This document shows, piece after piece, positions 46,717-57,013 of a DNA stretch of 64,000 nucleotides. Below the pieces are notes generated by a model. The model was not told the DNA's origin, did no database searches, and saw only the letters and a program-made list of their open reading frames with translations. Position numbers and translations under genes: made by a program. Source of the stretch: an uncultured Pseudomonadales bacterium (GTDB taxonomy: Bacteria > Patescibacteriota > Microgenomatia > UBA1400 > PJMF01); contig CAZSJW010000003.1 in assembly GCA_964607285.1 (NCBI GenBank), positions 6,094 to 70,093 on the forward strand, written 5' to 3'. Each line of letters starts with the position of its first letter. The first letter of the stretch is position 1.

Positions 46717-47322
46717 CTATACAACTCGCCTACCCTCCAATGCCCTGGACAACGTCACCCCATCGGCATACTCGATGTCGGCACCAATAGGTAGCCCATG
46801 GCCAATTCTGGTGATCTTTAACTCTGGATGAGCTTGCTCAGATTGGCGAACAAACTCAGCAATGTACAAAGCAGTTGCTTCACCCTCCATGGTTGGGTTG
46901 GTAGCAAGCACCAATTCTTGCACCCCTCCCAATCGTTTTACTAAATCATGTAAAAACAATTGATCGGGCCCAATATTATTTAGTGGAGCAATCACCCCAT
47001 GCAACACATGATATCGACCCAGAAATGAGCCTGAGCGTTCAAGTGCAATTACATCCAGGGGTTGCTCGACCACACAAAGCAGCTCGTCTGAGCGATTTTG
47101 GTCCGAACACACAGCACACGGATCACTTTCACTTACGTTATGGCATTGTGTACAAAGTACAGTGTCACGTTTCAATGCCAACAATCTCTTGGAAAAATCC
47201 TCTAACTGATGATCGGGATTGTGCAGTAAATAAAACACTAATCGCTGAGCAGATTTGGGACCTATTCCAGGCAACTTCTCAAATGATTCAACCAAATTGG
47301 AAACAGCTCGTGGCAACTTCAT
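46717..47322 (-). CDS. recR: Recombination protein RecR
   Basis: HhH motif, C4 zinc finger CTQCHNVSESDPCAVCSD, Toprim domain. Confidence 0.85.
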   Translation of the reverse strand: MKLPRAVSNLVESFEKLPGIGPKSAQRLVFYLLHNPDHQLEDFSKRLLALKRDTVLCTQCHNVSESDPCAVCSDQNRSDELLCVVEQPLDVIALERSGSFLGRYHVLHGVIAPLNNIGPDQLFLHDLVKRLGGVQELVLATNPTMEGEATALYIAEFVRQSEQAHPELKITRIGHGLPIGADIEYADGVTLSRALEGRRVV

Positions 47323-47326
47323 AATA

Positions 47327-47977
47327 CTAAATACCCACTACACCAGTGATAATCTTCCAAATTGCTTCGCTGACTTGCTCTACAGGCTGGTTTGCGTCTA
47401 TCACGCGCCACCTACCTGTCGTATCTGCTGCAGCTAATTCGCGGTAGGCGCGATTTGTTTGTTGATGAAACTCCTCTGTTTGAGAGTCAAGCCTATTTAC
47501 TTCACCCGTTGCGCGCCTACGACCCAAACCAATTTGAGTCTGCACATCCAGCAATAGGGTGAGACTAGGATAGGTGTTATTGGTAGAAAAATTGTTGAGT
47601 TCTTCAATTAGTTTGACACCAAAACCCCTAGCAATCCCCTGGTACACAACTGAACTATCCCGAGTTCTATCCATGAGTACTATAGTGTTTGGTTTTTGCA
47701 GTGCAGGTAGCACAACTTCTTGATATATTTGTGCACGTGCTGCCTGAAATAAAAGTACTTCAGCTCTATCTGACATTGAATTATTGTCTGTTGAGAGTGT
47801 AATGGCACGAATTTGCTCGCTCATGCCAGTACCCCCTGGCTCGCGGAGAGATACCACCTCATACCCAAGTCCCTTGAGACGATCAGTTAAAATTGCTACT
47901 TGAGTAGTTTTACCACCACCTTCTCCGCCCTCAAAACTAATGAGTTTGCCTTGTGCATGCTGTGCTGTATCAGCCAT
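47327..47977 (-). CDS. tmk: Thymidylate kinase
   Basis: P-loop FEGGEGGGKTTQ, DR(Y/T) and lid region typical of dTMP kinase. Confidence 0.8.
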   Translation of the reverse strand: MADTAQHAQGKLISFEGGEGGGKTTQVAILTDRLKGLGYEVVSLREPGGTGMSEQIRAITLSTDNNSMSDRAEVLLFQAARAQIYQEVVLPALQKPNTIVLMDRTRDSSVVYQGIARGFGVKLIEELNNFSTNNTYPSLTLLLDVQTQIGLGRRRATGEVNRLDSQTEEFHQQTNRAYRELAAADTTGRWRVIDANQPVEQVSEAIWKIITGVVGI

Positions 47978-48010
47978 ATATCTCCTATCAACGAAATTAA
48001 TTCTAATCTA

Positions 48011-49069
48011 TTAAGGCAAATTAGAAAGCGTCAATAACTGCTTGTTTTGTAAATAACTCTCGATTTCTGCAATGATGTCCCACCAGCCCAGCCCTGCAAT
48101 TGAATCATATGCATACCATTGTCGCAGCTCTGTTAGCACCTGCACCTGCAGTAACTTTCTAGCTGTGTGCGGGTCATACATTTTTTCGATGGCTGCTTGT
48201 TCTTGAAAATCCGAAAAACGTATTGCGTTTTGAAACAGCCCTCCGCCTGCTGCATCGGTAGACACTATCATTGCTGCTTGTGAAAGTATTGATTCGTACA
48301 CATCTTCTGTTAGCTCAACAGTCAGTGTACTCAACCATGACTGCATCGCAGTGAGTACTGCATCTGTATAACCCTCTTCAAACTGGGACTGTGCAACCTC
48401 ATTTGTAAATAAAAATGCTTCGCCGTTATACTGTCTAATCTTCCTACCTAATCCATAGTTTTGTACAAAGTATTCTCTTGCATCAAACGTTTCTTCAATA
48501 AATCCCTCGTCGTTCATAGGCTTACCCAAAGGCGACTGGATTCCATCAGGGAGTGTTACAGAGTCTGTTGCTATAAGTAAAACATTTTTTCCCAAATATT
48601 TCTTTGCCAAATTGAGTATTTTCAGCTGCGCTTGCTCAACTGCGTCATTGTTATCAGTGCCCTCCTCAGAGGGTTCTATAAAAATAGGAACCCCTTTAAA
48701 ATACCCCACCATAGTTTTCACCTTAACCGAACCATTTCCATTCCGTACCTGCGTATATAAATAATTTTGAAAGTGTAAAGGGCCTTCTGCTGTAGAAATA
48801 ACTTCACCTGTATCTCTGTTGAATGCAGGCCGAACTAGCCCCGTACTTTCATATGCAACCAATAGGGCTTTCCGATAACTGCCAGTCGCAATTATTATCT
48901 CTTCTGGTGGCTGAGTATTCCAAAAGGAAAACTCTTCGCTGGTCAACCGTGATTTAAAATCATGAGTTTCATCTCCCGAAAATTTTCGTGGCTCGACGGT
49001 AAAAATTCCTGCAAGTGTGTGGTGTAACTCTGATGACATATACAAGTACAATCGTGTGTAACAAATCAA
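48011..49069 (-). CDS. Hypothetical protein (352 aa) within nucleotide-metabolism cluster
   Basis: No recognisable motif; flanked by tmk and dut on the same strand with short gaps. Confidence 0.4.
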   Translation of the reverse strand: MICYTRLYLYMSSELHHTLAGIFTVEPRKFSGDETHDFKSRLTSEEFSFWNTQPPEEIIIATGSYRKALLVAYESTGLVRPAFNRDTGEVISTAEGPLHFQNYLYTQVRNGNGSVKVKTMVGYFKGVPIFIEPSEEGTDNNDAVEQAQLKILNLAKKYLGKNVLLIATDSVTLPDGIQSPLGKPMNDEGFIEETFDAREYFVQNYGLGRKIRQYNGEAFLFTNEVAQSQFEEGYTDAVLTAMQSWLSTLTVELTEDVYESILSQAAMIVSTDAAGGGLFQNAIRFSDFQEQAAIEKMYDPHTARKLLQVQVLTELRQWYAYDSIAGLGWWDIIAEIESYLQNKQLLTLSNLP

Positions 49070-49129
49070 ACCACGACATGTAGTGCATGCGCAACTAGCA
49101 AAATACCACGTATAGTACGCACAAAACGC

Positions 49130-49573
49130 TTATTTCCGTCCAGTAGTACCAAAACCACCACGGTTTTTACTGCTCAATTTTCCAACTTCCACAAGCTGCA
49201 TCGGTGTTTTTTCCATAAGCTGCATTTGTACTATGCGTTCACCACGCTGAATTACTACCGTTTTGTTCGTAAAATTCAGCAGTGCTGCGCGATACTCATC
49301 ATCATCACCACAGTAGTCACTGTCACCAACGCCTACACCATTTACTAGATGAACACCCTGTTTATGGAGAGAACTCCGTGCCGTCACTAACAACCAGTAC
49401 TCTTCAGGAAACTGAATTGCCACATTAAGTGGTACATACCCTACCGAATGTGCTGCAATTTCTACTGTTTCGCGTGCATACAAATCCATTGCCGCAGCAC
49501 CAGATGATTTATACTCTGGCAATGGCAACTCTGGATCAAAACGCTTAATCTTGATGGTGATTGGTGACGACAT
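49130..49573 (-). CDS. dut: dUTP diphosphatase
   Basis: Motif GVGVGDSDYCGDDDEY (dUTPase motif III), beta-rich fold; start at MSSPITIKIK. Confidence 0.7.
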   Translation of the reverse strand: MSSPITIKIKRFDPELPLPEYKSSGAAAMDLYARETVEIAAHSVGYVPLNVAIQFPEEYWLLVTARSSLHKQGVHLVNGVGVGDSDYCGDDDEYRAALLNFTNKTVVIQRGERIVQMQLMEKTPMQLVEVGKLSSKNRGGFGTTGRK

Positions 49574-50063
49574 ATTCTTGGACAATTGTTTGTTCCGATA
49601 AATGGTGAGTTTTTTCAAGCTTGATTTCAGAATGTAGCGTGGCGTTAAACAGCTTCAAACCTGTTCCAAACACGACTGGTTCTGTAGTCAAGTACAGTCG
49701 CTCAACTAGTCCTGCTCTCATAAACTGCGTATACACAGAAGTACCACCACATACTGCAACTTCAGAGTAACCTTCATCTGCAAGCATGGTAAGCAATTCT
49801 TCTAGCTGCATGTTCACTCCCCGCACCTGATCTCCCCACTGACTATATTTTTCAGGGGTACGACTGAGGACAATACTCACTCTACCTGGGAGTGGCCGAT
49901 TGATTGTGTCAAAGGTACTGCTACCCATGATGCAAACGCCTGCCTGCTTTGTACGCTCCGTAAAAAACTGCGCATCGGATTTGCTCGTCCATTTAGTAGA
50001 AATTTCTGCCACACCGCGGGCAATGTATCCATCAGCGGTTAGAGCAGCAATAAGAAAGACGTG
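49545..50063 (-). CDS. Dihydrofolate-reductase-like (RibD C-terminal domain family) reductase
   Basis: MHVFLIAALTADGYIA... GGTSVYTQF motif typical of DHFR/RibD_C fold; overlaps dut start. Confidence 0.55.
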   Translation of the reverse strand, partial: HVFLIAALTADGYIARGVAEISTKWTSKSDAQFFTERTKQAGVCIMGSSTFDTINRPLPGRVSIVLSRTPEKYSQWGDQVRGVNMQLEELLTMLADEGYSEVAVCGGTSVYTQFMRAGLVERLYLTTEPVVFGTGLKLFNATLHSEIKLEKTHHLSEQTIVQEYVVTNHHQD

Positions 50064-50109
50064 CATAGCTGCCATCGTACCATAGCCCTTGCTGTAGTAT
50101 GATAGGCAA

Positions 50110-50673
50110 ATGATCGCCCCCGCACCCATTTCCCAAAACTATACTGAGCTTGAAGCTCTGGCCAAAACATATAAAAAGCAAGGTAAAAAAATTGTGCTAA
50201 CTCAAGGATCCTTCGACATGATCCACATCGGCCATGCTCGCTACTGTGCTGAAGCCAAAACGTATGGAGATGTCCTGTTTATTGGAGTGGACAGCGACGA
50301 GAAAATCCGTAAGCGCAAAGGGCCTGACAGGCCCGTCGTGCCCCAAGAAGAGAGACTCGAAATGCTCACACATTTGCGCTCAGTAGATCATGTCGTTCTA
50401 AAAGAATTGAGCCAACCCAAGTGGGAACTTATTAAACGAATTCAACCAGATGTCCTAATTGCTACTGCGGAAACCTACTCCAAAGAGCAACTCAAAGAAC
50501 TTCATAAGCTCTGTGGCTCGATTGTCGTCCTAGAACCAATGGCAACCACTTCTACTAGTGCAAAACTTCGCCGTGTGCAGATCGGGGTTGCCAAACATAT
50601 TAGTGCCACAATCTCCAAAAAACTAATTCATACAATTGAAGAGGTGCTCGATGAGCTTAAAGCAGAAAGCTAG
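50110..50673 (+). CDS. Cytidylyltransferase-family nucleotidyltransferase (RfaE domain II / GCT-like)
   Basis: TQGSFDMIHIGHARY (HxGH nucleotidyltransferase motif), about 150-aa Rossmann-like core. Confidence 0.55.
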   Translation: MIAPAPISQNYTELEALAKTYKKQGKKIVLTQGSFDMIHIGHARYCAEAKTYGDVLFIGVDSDEKIRKRKGPDRPVVPQEERLEMLTHLRSVDHVVLKELSQPKWELIKRIQPDVLIATAETYSKEQLKELHKLCGSIVVLEPMATTSTSAKLRRVQIGVAKHISATISKKLIHTIEEVLDELKAES

Positions 50674-51514
50674 CGCAATCCTACTCGCATACATTCCTGT
50701 ACTCCATGAAGGGTATCGTCGATTCATCGACTCACACCTCACAACAGTTCAAACAGCGTACCTACTCGGACCACAATACACTCACCAGCTCCGACCACTG
50801 GTCAAAGATATCCGAGCTCTTGAGCCCCGATTGGTAGTAGAAGCCCTTCGGAAATGGTACCCAAATCTAGAAGTACGGATCCTTGAGAATGAGATGATTC
50901 CTGAACTTCAAACACCACATATCATTGCTCCAGATGAAGATATAACTCGCCAAGTTATTCAAGAACATTTTCCTAACAATTCAGTGGTATTTGACACAAT
51001 TTTCCTTCGCTGGGACCACGAACATTCACTGGCTGCAAAACCACTGCAAGATATTCCTAACATCACAGTAAATGCACTGCAAAGAACCTTCCTAGATCGT
51101 GCCAAGTCTGAAGCGCGTAGAAGCTCCGACTGGTGGCGACACGTTGGTGCAGTGCTGGTTTCTGCTGATGGACAAACTATTTTGAGTGACCACAATCATC
51201 ACCTTCCCTCACCACACACCCCATACGTTACGGGTGATCCTCGAGCCAATTTTCATAAAGGTGAACATATTGAGTTAACCACCGCTATTCATGCGGAAGC
51301 TGCAGTGATCGGTTCTGCAGCAAAGCTAGGAGTTTCTACCGCAGGAGCTCAGTTATTTGTCACCACCTTTCCTTGCCCTGTATGCGCGAAGTTGATTGTG
51401 CAAGCAGGCATTACTGAGCTCTACTTTTCAGAAGGATACGCGGTACTTGATGGACTAGATCTGTTGCAAAAAGCAAACATTACAGTTTTGCAAATAAAAG
51501 ATATTAAGGACTAA
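50651..51514 (+). CDS. dCMP/cytidine deaminase-domain protein with N-terminal extension
   Basis: C-terminal HAEAAVIG...PCPVCAKLIVQAGI zinc-binding deaminase motifs; about 140-aa N-terminal region of unknown function. Confidence 0.6.
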   Translation: MSLKQKASAILLAYIPVLHEGYRRFIDSHLTTVQTAYLLGPQYTHQLRPLVKDIRALEPRLVVEALRKWYPNLEVRILENEMIPELQTPHIIAPDEDITRQVIQEHFPNNSVVFDTIFLRWDHEHSLAAKPLQDIPNITVNALQRTFLDRAKSEARRSSDWWRHVGAVLVSADGQTILSDHNHHLPSPHTPYVTGDPRANFHKGEHIELTTAIHAEAAVIGSAAKLGVSTAGAQLFVTTFPCPVCAKLIVQAGITELYFSEGYAVLDGLDLLQKANITVLQIKDIKD

Positions 51515-51544
51515 CCCCACCTTCAATTGATTTATTCTGTTTCA

Positions 51545-52714
51545 TCAGAACAATCCCACTTTTCTAGCCCAACTCAGCTCATCTGCCATGACCCTTAGTA
51601 CATCTTCTTCAAAGAACATATCATTCAGGGGAATTCTGCCTAACATCAATGTGCGCAATACCATAGCAATTCTAAGCACGTCATCTCTGGAGAGGTTTTT
51701 TCCTTTTTCTCTGGCAGCAAGACTATTTCCTTGTGCAATCTGTGAACACAGCCACCAGGCAAGTTCAAAACCAACTACATTTTTGTGAGGAACTCCGTGG
51801 AATTTATTTGGCAATGTAGCGGCACCCTCTTTGGTAGCTTGCAAATATGCTTGAAAATCGTATGAGTGGTCTCCATTTTTTTGACTGTATATATCTCTCA
51901 CCACCTGGTACATCTCCCCCAAAAATCCGAATGTTTCTCCCAAGTACCCTCGTAAAAAATAGTGTTCTAGATCGTGCCCCTCAATTACCGTAAATGCCCT
52001 ACTCACCACTTCTGGAAGTTCTCCGCCACCTAACCACTCACAACCTTCTTTCAATGTCTGAACTGAGCAGGAAACTCGTTCATGCTCTTGTAAAGCCTCT
52101 GTGTCATCTGGGCTAGCCCAAACTTTACCACGCATTTCCCCAACATGTGTTACCTCGTGGTTGTGCCATTTTTCTTTGTACAACTCGATGAGAGGAGTGT
52201 TTGGCACACGTGCAAGTATCCCTGCAGGCGGAACAACTATGTGAGGAATAATCACACCATGATTCCGCAATTTTTCTGGTTTATTTGGGTCGCTTATCAC
52301 TACTAATTGTGGTTCTGCAAGTACGTCCCACAGCAACTCGCCCCGTTCACCAATTTTTTCCCAAGCCGTCCCGCCTGGCATTCCTCTCTCCTCACTCATG
52401 ACTCTTCTATCCCAGATGTTTTTGCTCACCACATCATGCTGGACAGCAAGGTAGCGAACACCATTCTCTTCCCTATACTCAAGATCTTGTCGGAACTGCA
52501 CTCGGTCATCGGTTGCTAGCACCCAAACGTGTTTCGCATCAAACAGACAGACAACAAATGGAGGTACTACAAAAAGTGGGTCTTTCTGCGCATTGGCAAA
52601 AATTTTGCACTCAAGTGAAAGGTCAGAAAGGGTACATTCGTAGCTTTTCCTAGCTTCGGAGAAAAAAACTTGAAATTCCAAACGATTATTTGAATACTCT
52701 TTCGATAGGAACAT
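51545..52714 (-). CDS. Hypothetical protein (389 aa) within nucleotide-metabolism cluster
   Basis: His-rich segments (HNHEVTHVGE, EGHDLEHYF) but no assignable family. Confidence 0.4.
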   Translation of the reverse strand: MFLSKEYSNNRLEFQVFFSEARKSYECTLSDLSLECKIFANAQKDPLFVVPPFVVCLFDAKHVWVLATDDRVQFRQDLEYREENGVRYLAVQHDVVSKNIWDRRVMSEERGMPGGTAWEKIGERGELLWDVLAEPQLVVISDPNKPEKLRNHGVIIPHIVVPPAGILARVPNTPLIELYKEKWHNHEVTHVGEMRGKVWASPDDTEALQEHERVSCSVQTLKEGCEWLGGGELPEVVSRAFTVIEGHDLEHYFLRGYLGETFGFLGEMYQVVRDIYSQKNGDHSYDFQAYLQATKEGAATLPNKFHGVPHKNVVGFELAWWLCSQIAQGNSLAAREKGKNLSRDDVLRIAMVLRTLMLGRIPLNDMFFEEDVLRVMADELSWARKVGLF

Positions 52715-52759
52715 TTTTGAATTATATCAAAATGACTCAAATGAACACTGAGAGTACAG

Positions 52760-53218
52760 TTACTTCCTTGACTTGCCAACCTTGATCCGCACTGACTGGT
52801 AATCAGGTGCGTCAATATCAGGTTGTACAAACTGCGCATGCATATGATTCACAGACCCAGCTGAATAATTTGTGTCACCAAACCGCATCGCAAACGCTCC
52901 GCCAGGTACATTAAACTCTTTAACTGACCATTGCATTAACTCGAGTAATTCCCTTCCAGCTTCGGGTGCGACTTCAGATAGCTCTACCGCATGCTCTCGA
53001 TAGATTGCTAACAAGTGTACTTTTGTGTGTTCGTATGGCCACTGGTTAAAAGTTAGAAGCCAGTGTTTTGTTTCTTTGAGAATAGGATTCTTGTGGTGTT
53101 CTGCCAAATGTTCACGACAAAATGGACAATGACCTTCGCGTAAAATTTGCTCCATCTCTGTAACTTGCTCAGGTACCCGAGCGTTCTCAATGTCTACTAG
53201 TTGCTGATTGCCTGTCAT
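52760..53218 (-). CDS. HIT-family (histidine triad) hydrolase/transferase
   Basis: C-terminal HMHAQFV histidine-triad-like motif. Confidence 0.5.
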   Translation of the reverse strand: MTGNQQLVDIENARVPEQVTEMEQILREGHCPFCREHLAEHHKNPILKETKHWLLTFNQWPYEHTKVHLLAIYREHAVELSEVAPEAGRELLELMQWSVKEFNVPGGAFAMRFGDTNYSAGSVNHMHAQFVQPDIDAPDYQSVRIKVGKSRK

Positions 53219-53226
53219 AAAAACCT

Positions 53227-54168
53227 TTAAATCGCAACTGGAATTTGCCTAATTCCAGGATGTGGCGTGTAGTTTTTGAGCTCAAAATCAGTATAGCGGA
53301 ATGAAAAAATGTCGGTGCTCTTGCTCTTCAATTCTATGTCAGGTAATGGCTTGGGTTCACGCTCAAGCATAGTTTTAACTGCATCTAGCTGATCAACATA
53401 AATGTGTGCATCAGAAAAACTGTGGACATACTCGTAGGGCTCTAATCCTGTTGCTTGTGCAATCATAAGCAAGAGAGCTGAGTACTGAGTCATATTTGCA
53501 GGAACACCCACAGGAACGTCTGCAGAACGTTGAAACATATGGAGCGTCAATTTGTTATCCAACACCCGTAAATGTATCCATCCATGACATGGAGCCACAA
53601 CAACTTTTTGCTGACGACCAATCACGCGAACTGTATACTGTGGGATCCAAGGAGTTATAAAGTGAGTCCGTAAGTGTGGTTGTTCCTTGATCTGCTCAAT
53701 GATGTACTTGAACTGATTGTATGTTTCGCCTTCAGCGGTGGGAAAATCATGAAATGCTGCACCATACGAACCTGGACCTAAGTCTCCTGGAATTAGTCCG
53801 CGCTTTCGGCATTTCTCGGGTGTTCCCCAGGGTGACCACCAAGAACATCCGTAACTTTCCAACTGTTCAAGAGTTCGAGCTCCATTCAAAAACCCAATAA
53901 TCTCAGCAATAGCTTGCTGCCATATAGTGACTGGCAAACGCTCAGAGGTTTTTGGCGCCATGTTTCTCTCAGTTATCACGGGAAAACCATCTGCAATCTT
54001 AAAATGCAAAGGTCTCGGCCCAATCAGGGTAATGGCATCCACCTCTTGTTGTGTTTGGGTACGAACCCCTTTATCCAAAATTTCTTGTAATAACTCTCTG
54101 TACTGGGTGTCTGGTTGACGAACACTACTAGTTCTTTTTGCTACTGCAGGTTTTTTCTTCTGGTTCAT
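53227..54168 (-). CDS. thyA: Thymidylate synthase ThyA
   Basis: Active-site VAPCHGWIHL (PCH), DLGPGSYG, QRSADVPVG motifs. Confidence 0.85.
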   Translation of the reverse strand: MNQKKKPAVAKRTSSVRQPDTQYRELLQEILDKGVRTQTQQEVDAITLIGPRPLHFKIADGFPVITERNMAPKTSERLPVTIWQQAIAEIIGFLNGARTLEQLESYGCSWWSPWGTPEKCRKRGLIPGDLGPGSYGAAFHDFPTAEGETYNQFKYIIEQIKEQPHLRTHFITPWIPQYTVRVIGRQQKVVVAPCHGWIHLRVLDNKLTLHMFQRSADVPVGVPANMTQYSALLLMIAQATGLEPYEYVHSFSDAHIYVDQLDAVKTMLEREPKPLPDIELKSKSTDIFSFRYTDFELKNYTPHPGIRQIPVAI

Positions 54169-54201
54169 TTGGGCCCCTTCTGGGTTTTGTCTTGCCCCAT
54201 T

Positions 54202-54759
54202 CTATACATACAATGTGTGTTCAGTACAGTACTCTGCAACTGCTGGATGCACAAGTTCTGTGATCGACTGTCCCGCTTTTAGACGCTCCCGAACTTCAGT
54301 AGAAGATACCGTAACTTCAGCAACACCCATAATAGGTTTCATGAATGGTTGCAACGGTTCCATTGGGTGCTCCGCCCGAGGGTACACATAGAATTGGTAG
54401 TTCTGCAACCCAGGATGCACAGTTAAAAAATCACTAAATCTATCTAAATACTCCGAGCCCATGATCCAAGAAAATGTATGCTCAGGATGTAATTTGGAAA
54501 AATACTCCAAAGTATCGAATGTATAACTTACCTCCCGAAACTCCTGTACATGCTGCTGCTTTCCAAGGGTAAGCTGTACCATAGCGCAACGGTGCTCATA
54601 CCTTGTCATTTGTTTACCATAGCGTTTTGCCCATGGGTGTATGTATACAGGGACAAACCAAACTTCGTCTACAGTCGCCTGGTCTATCACTGCCTTAGCA
54701 ACTTGAGAATGTCCCACATGTGGTGGGTCAAAAGCACCTCCAAAAATGCCAATATGCAT
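54202..54759 (-). CDS. nadD: Nicotinate-nucleotide adenylyltransferase
   Basis: IGIFGGAFDPPHVGH (HxGH) and later SSTEVR motif. Confidence 0.8.
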   Translation of the reverse strand: MHIGIFGGAFDPPHVGHSQVAKAVIDQATVDEVWFVPVYIHPWAKRYGKQMTRYEHRCAMVQLTLGKQQHVQEFREVSYTFDTLEYFSKLHPEHTFSWIMGSEYLDRFSDFLTVHPGLQNYQFYVYPRAEHPMEPLQPFMKPIMGVAEVTVSSTEVRERLKAGQSITELVHPAVAEYCTEHTLYV

Positions 54760-56981
54760 TAGGCTTTCTTTTTAGCTGATCTCTTTTTTACGGGCTTTTT
54801 TTTAGTTGTTGTTTGTTTTGTGGTTTTGGTGGCTGTTTTGGTTGCAGACGCACCACCTTTGCCAAACTTAGCAGCACGCGCTTCTTGCCTAGCCTTACGC
54901 TCAGCTTGGTGTTCAGCCCACTCTGCTTTTGTGATTTTTTCTCCAGGTTCTGGTTTTTTCCAACTCGCCCAGTCACAGTCTGGATAGCGTCGACAACCAA
55001 AAAAGGATTTTCCCCATCTAGAGTTCTTGATGATAACCTGACCTTCTTGGCATAACGGACACACAACATTTTCTACCAACTCAACAATGTTCTCTGTGAA
55101 ATCACACTCAGGGTATCTACTGCAACTCTTGAATTTACCAAACCGACCTGTACGAATGACAATCTCACCCTTTTCCGTTTCCCCACAGGTTGGACAAACC
55201 TGGCCCGTTTTCTCCACGGGGATTTGTGCGCGATCAGCATTCTTGGTCACTGACTGGATAGTTTTATTGAGTGGCTTAAAGAAGTTAGCAACCACATTTC
55301 GCCACTCCTTTTCTCCTCGAGCGATTCTGTCTAGATCTTCCTCCATCTCAGCGGTGAACTCATATTCCATGAAGGAGGTAAAGTGTTCTACCAAAAAATC
55401 ATTCACAGTCATGCCAATGGCAGTTGGTAGGAACTTTTTTTCCAGACGCTCAATATACCCTCGATCTTCTATCACTGAAATTATTGATGCATAGGTACTT
55501 GGTCTGCCGATGCCACGTTTTTCCAATTCTTTGACTAAAGAAGCATCGTTGAACCTGGGAGGCGGCTGAGTAAACTTCTGTTGGGTGCTTGCTCCGTGTG
55601 GAAACAAATCTTGACCTTTACTCAGTTGTGGAAGCATAACATCTTCACCACCTGGGAAAAGTTTCATCCAACCATCAAACTCTAACACTGACCCAGCGGT
55701 TCGGACTACACCATACTTTGGATGTGTACTTTCAGTTTGCTTGGCAGTGAAGTTAGTTAAAACGGTAGTTTGTGCATATATCGCCTCATTCATTTGTGAG
55801 GCAACAAAGCGGCGATAAATCAAATCGTAAAGTTGCGCATGACGATCAGTAAATCTTGGATACTTGGTTAGCACCATTTGCTTTGTTATAGTCAAATCAG
55901 TTGCCCGAACAGCCTCATGGGCCTCCTGAGAGTTTTTGCTTGCTTTAGCAAAGTATTTCGGCTGAGGAGGTAGGTATTTTTCTCCATACTCGGCTGAAAT
56001 AAAAGCTCTTGCCATATCCAACGCAGTCTGCGATAGCGCGACTGAATCTGTTCTGTGGTAGGTGATTAAACCCTCCTCATACAATTGCTGTGCTACACTC
56101 ATTGTTTGCTTGGCACTCATGCCAAGTGTGTTCGCAGCTTTCTGTTGTAAAGTGGACGTTGTAAAAGGAGGCAAGCTAGTCCTTCGACGCTGCTTTTGCT
56201 CAAGTGATGTAACCGCATATGCTGCATTCTCTAAAACAGCTTGCACACCAGCAACATCCTGTTCAGATGTCGGTGCATATTTATTACCTTCAATTTCAAT
56301 AACTCTTCCAATAAACGTACCTTCTGGCGGTTGTTTAAGCCATTCGGCAGCATCCACCTTACTTTTCGCCACTTGCTGGCCAAGCAAAACATCTACCTCC
56401 CAATACTCCTCTGGTTCAAATGCTTCAATCTCCCGCTCGCGCTCTACAATTAGCCGCAAAGCGACAGATTGCACGCGCCCTGCAGATAGTCCACGGCGAA
56501 TTTTTTTCCATAAAACTGGCGAAACTGTGTACCCCACCAATCGATCCACAACGCGCCGTGCTTGTTGTGCATCAACTAAATCAGTATTAATCTTTCCAGG
56601 ATTATCAATTGCGTGCATGACAGCACTCTTAGTGATTTCATGGAATGTTGCTCTGTGGAAGTCAAGGGCAGTTGCTCTCTTTTTTCCCTCTACTAGTACA
56701 CTCTTTATATGCCATGCAATAGCCTCTCCTTCACGATCAGGGTCAGTTGCTAAATAAACAGCGTCTGCTTGTGCAGCTAATTTTTTGAGTTGTGTGATTA
56801 CCTTTTGCTTGCCTTCAGAAACTTCGTAAGTTGGTTCGTAGTCTTTTTCTAGATCAACACCCAGCGTTTTCTTTGGCAAATCACGGATGTGACCAACAGA
56901 CGCTTCGACTTTGTACTCGTTTCCCAAATATGTACTCAGTTTTCTTGCTTTAGTTGGTGATTCGACTATTACTAATTTCAT
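54759..56981 (-). CDS. topA: DNA topoisomerase I
   Basis: Toprim N-terminus (KLVIVESPTKARK), catalytic domain, C-terminal C4 zinc ribbons and Lys-rich tail. Confidence 0.9.
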   Translation of the reverse strand: MKLVIVESPTKARKLSTYLGNEYKVEASVGHIRDLPKKTLGVDLEKDYEPTYEVSEGKQKVITQLKKLAAQADAVYLATDPDREGEAIAWHIKSVLVEGKKRATALDFHRATFHEITKSAVMHAIDNPGKINTDLVDAQQARRVVDRLVGYTVSPVLWKKIRRGLSAGRVQSVALRLIVEREREIEAFEPEEYWEVDVLLGQQVAKSKVDAAEWLKQPPEGTFIGRVIEIEGNKYAPTSEQDVAGVQAVLENAAYAVTSLEQKQRRRTSLPPFTTSTLQQKAANTLGMSAKQTMSVAQQLYEEGLITYHRTDSVALSQTALDMARAFISAEYGEKYLPPQPKYFAKASKNSQEAHEAVRATDLTITKQMVLTKYPRFTDRHAQLYDLIYRRFVASQMNEAIYAQTTVLTNFTAKQTESTHPKYGVVRTAGSVLEFDGWMKLFPGGEDVMLPQLSKGQDLFPHGASTQQKFTQPPPRFNDASLVKELEKRGIGRPSTYASIISVIEDRGYIERLEKKFLPTAIGMTVNDFLVEHFTSFMEYEFTAEMEEDLDRIARGEKEWRNVVANFFKPLNKTIQSVTKNADRAQIPVEKTGQVCPTCGETEKGEIVIRTGRFGKFKSCSRYPECDFTENIVELVENVVCPLCQEGQVIIKNSRWGKSFFGCRRYPDCDWASWKKPEPGEKITKAEWAEHQAERKARQEARAAKFGKGGASATKTATKTTKQTTTKKKPVKKRSAKKKA

Positions 56982-57013
56982 AATTACTTCTCTTTTCAGG
57001 CTACTTGCATCAC

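Noticed and set aside
56062-56757. 231-aa plus-strand ORF
   Set aside because: Antisense to topA. It is Ser/Thr/Cys-rich, which is typical of a spurious antisense frame.
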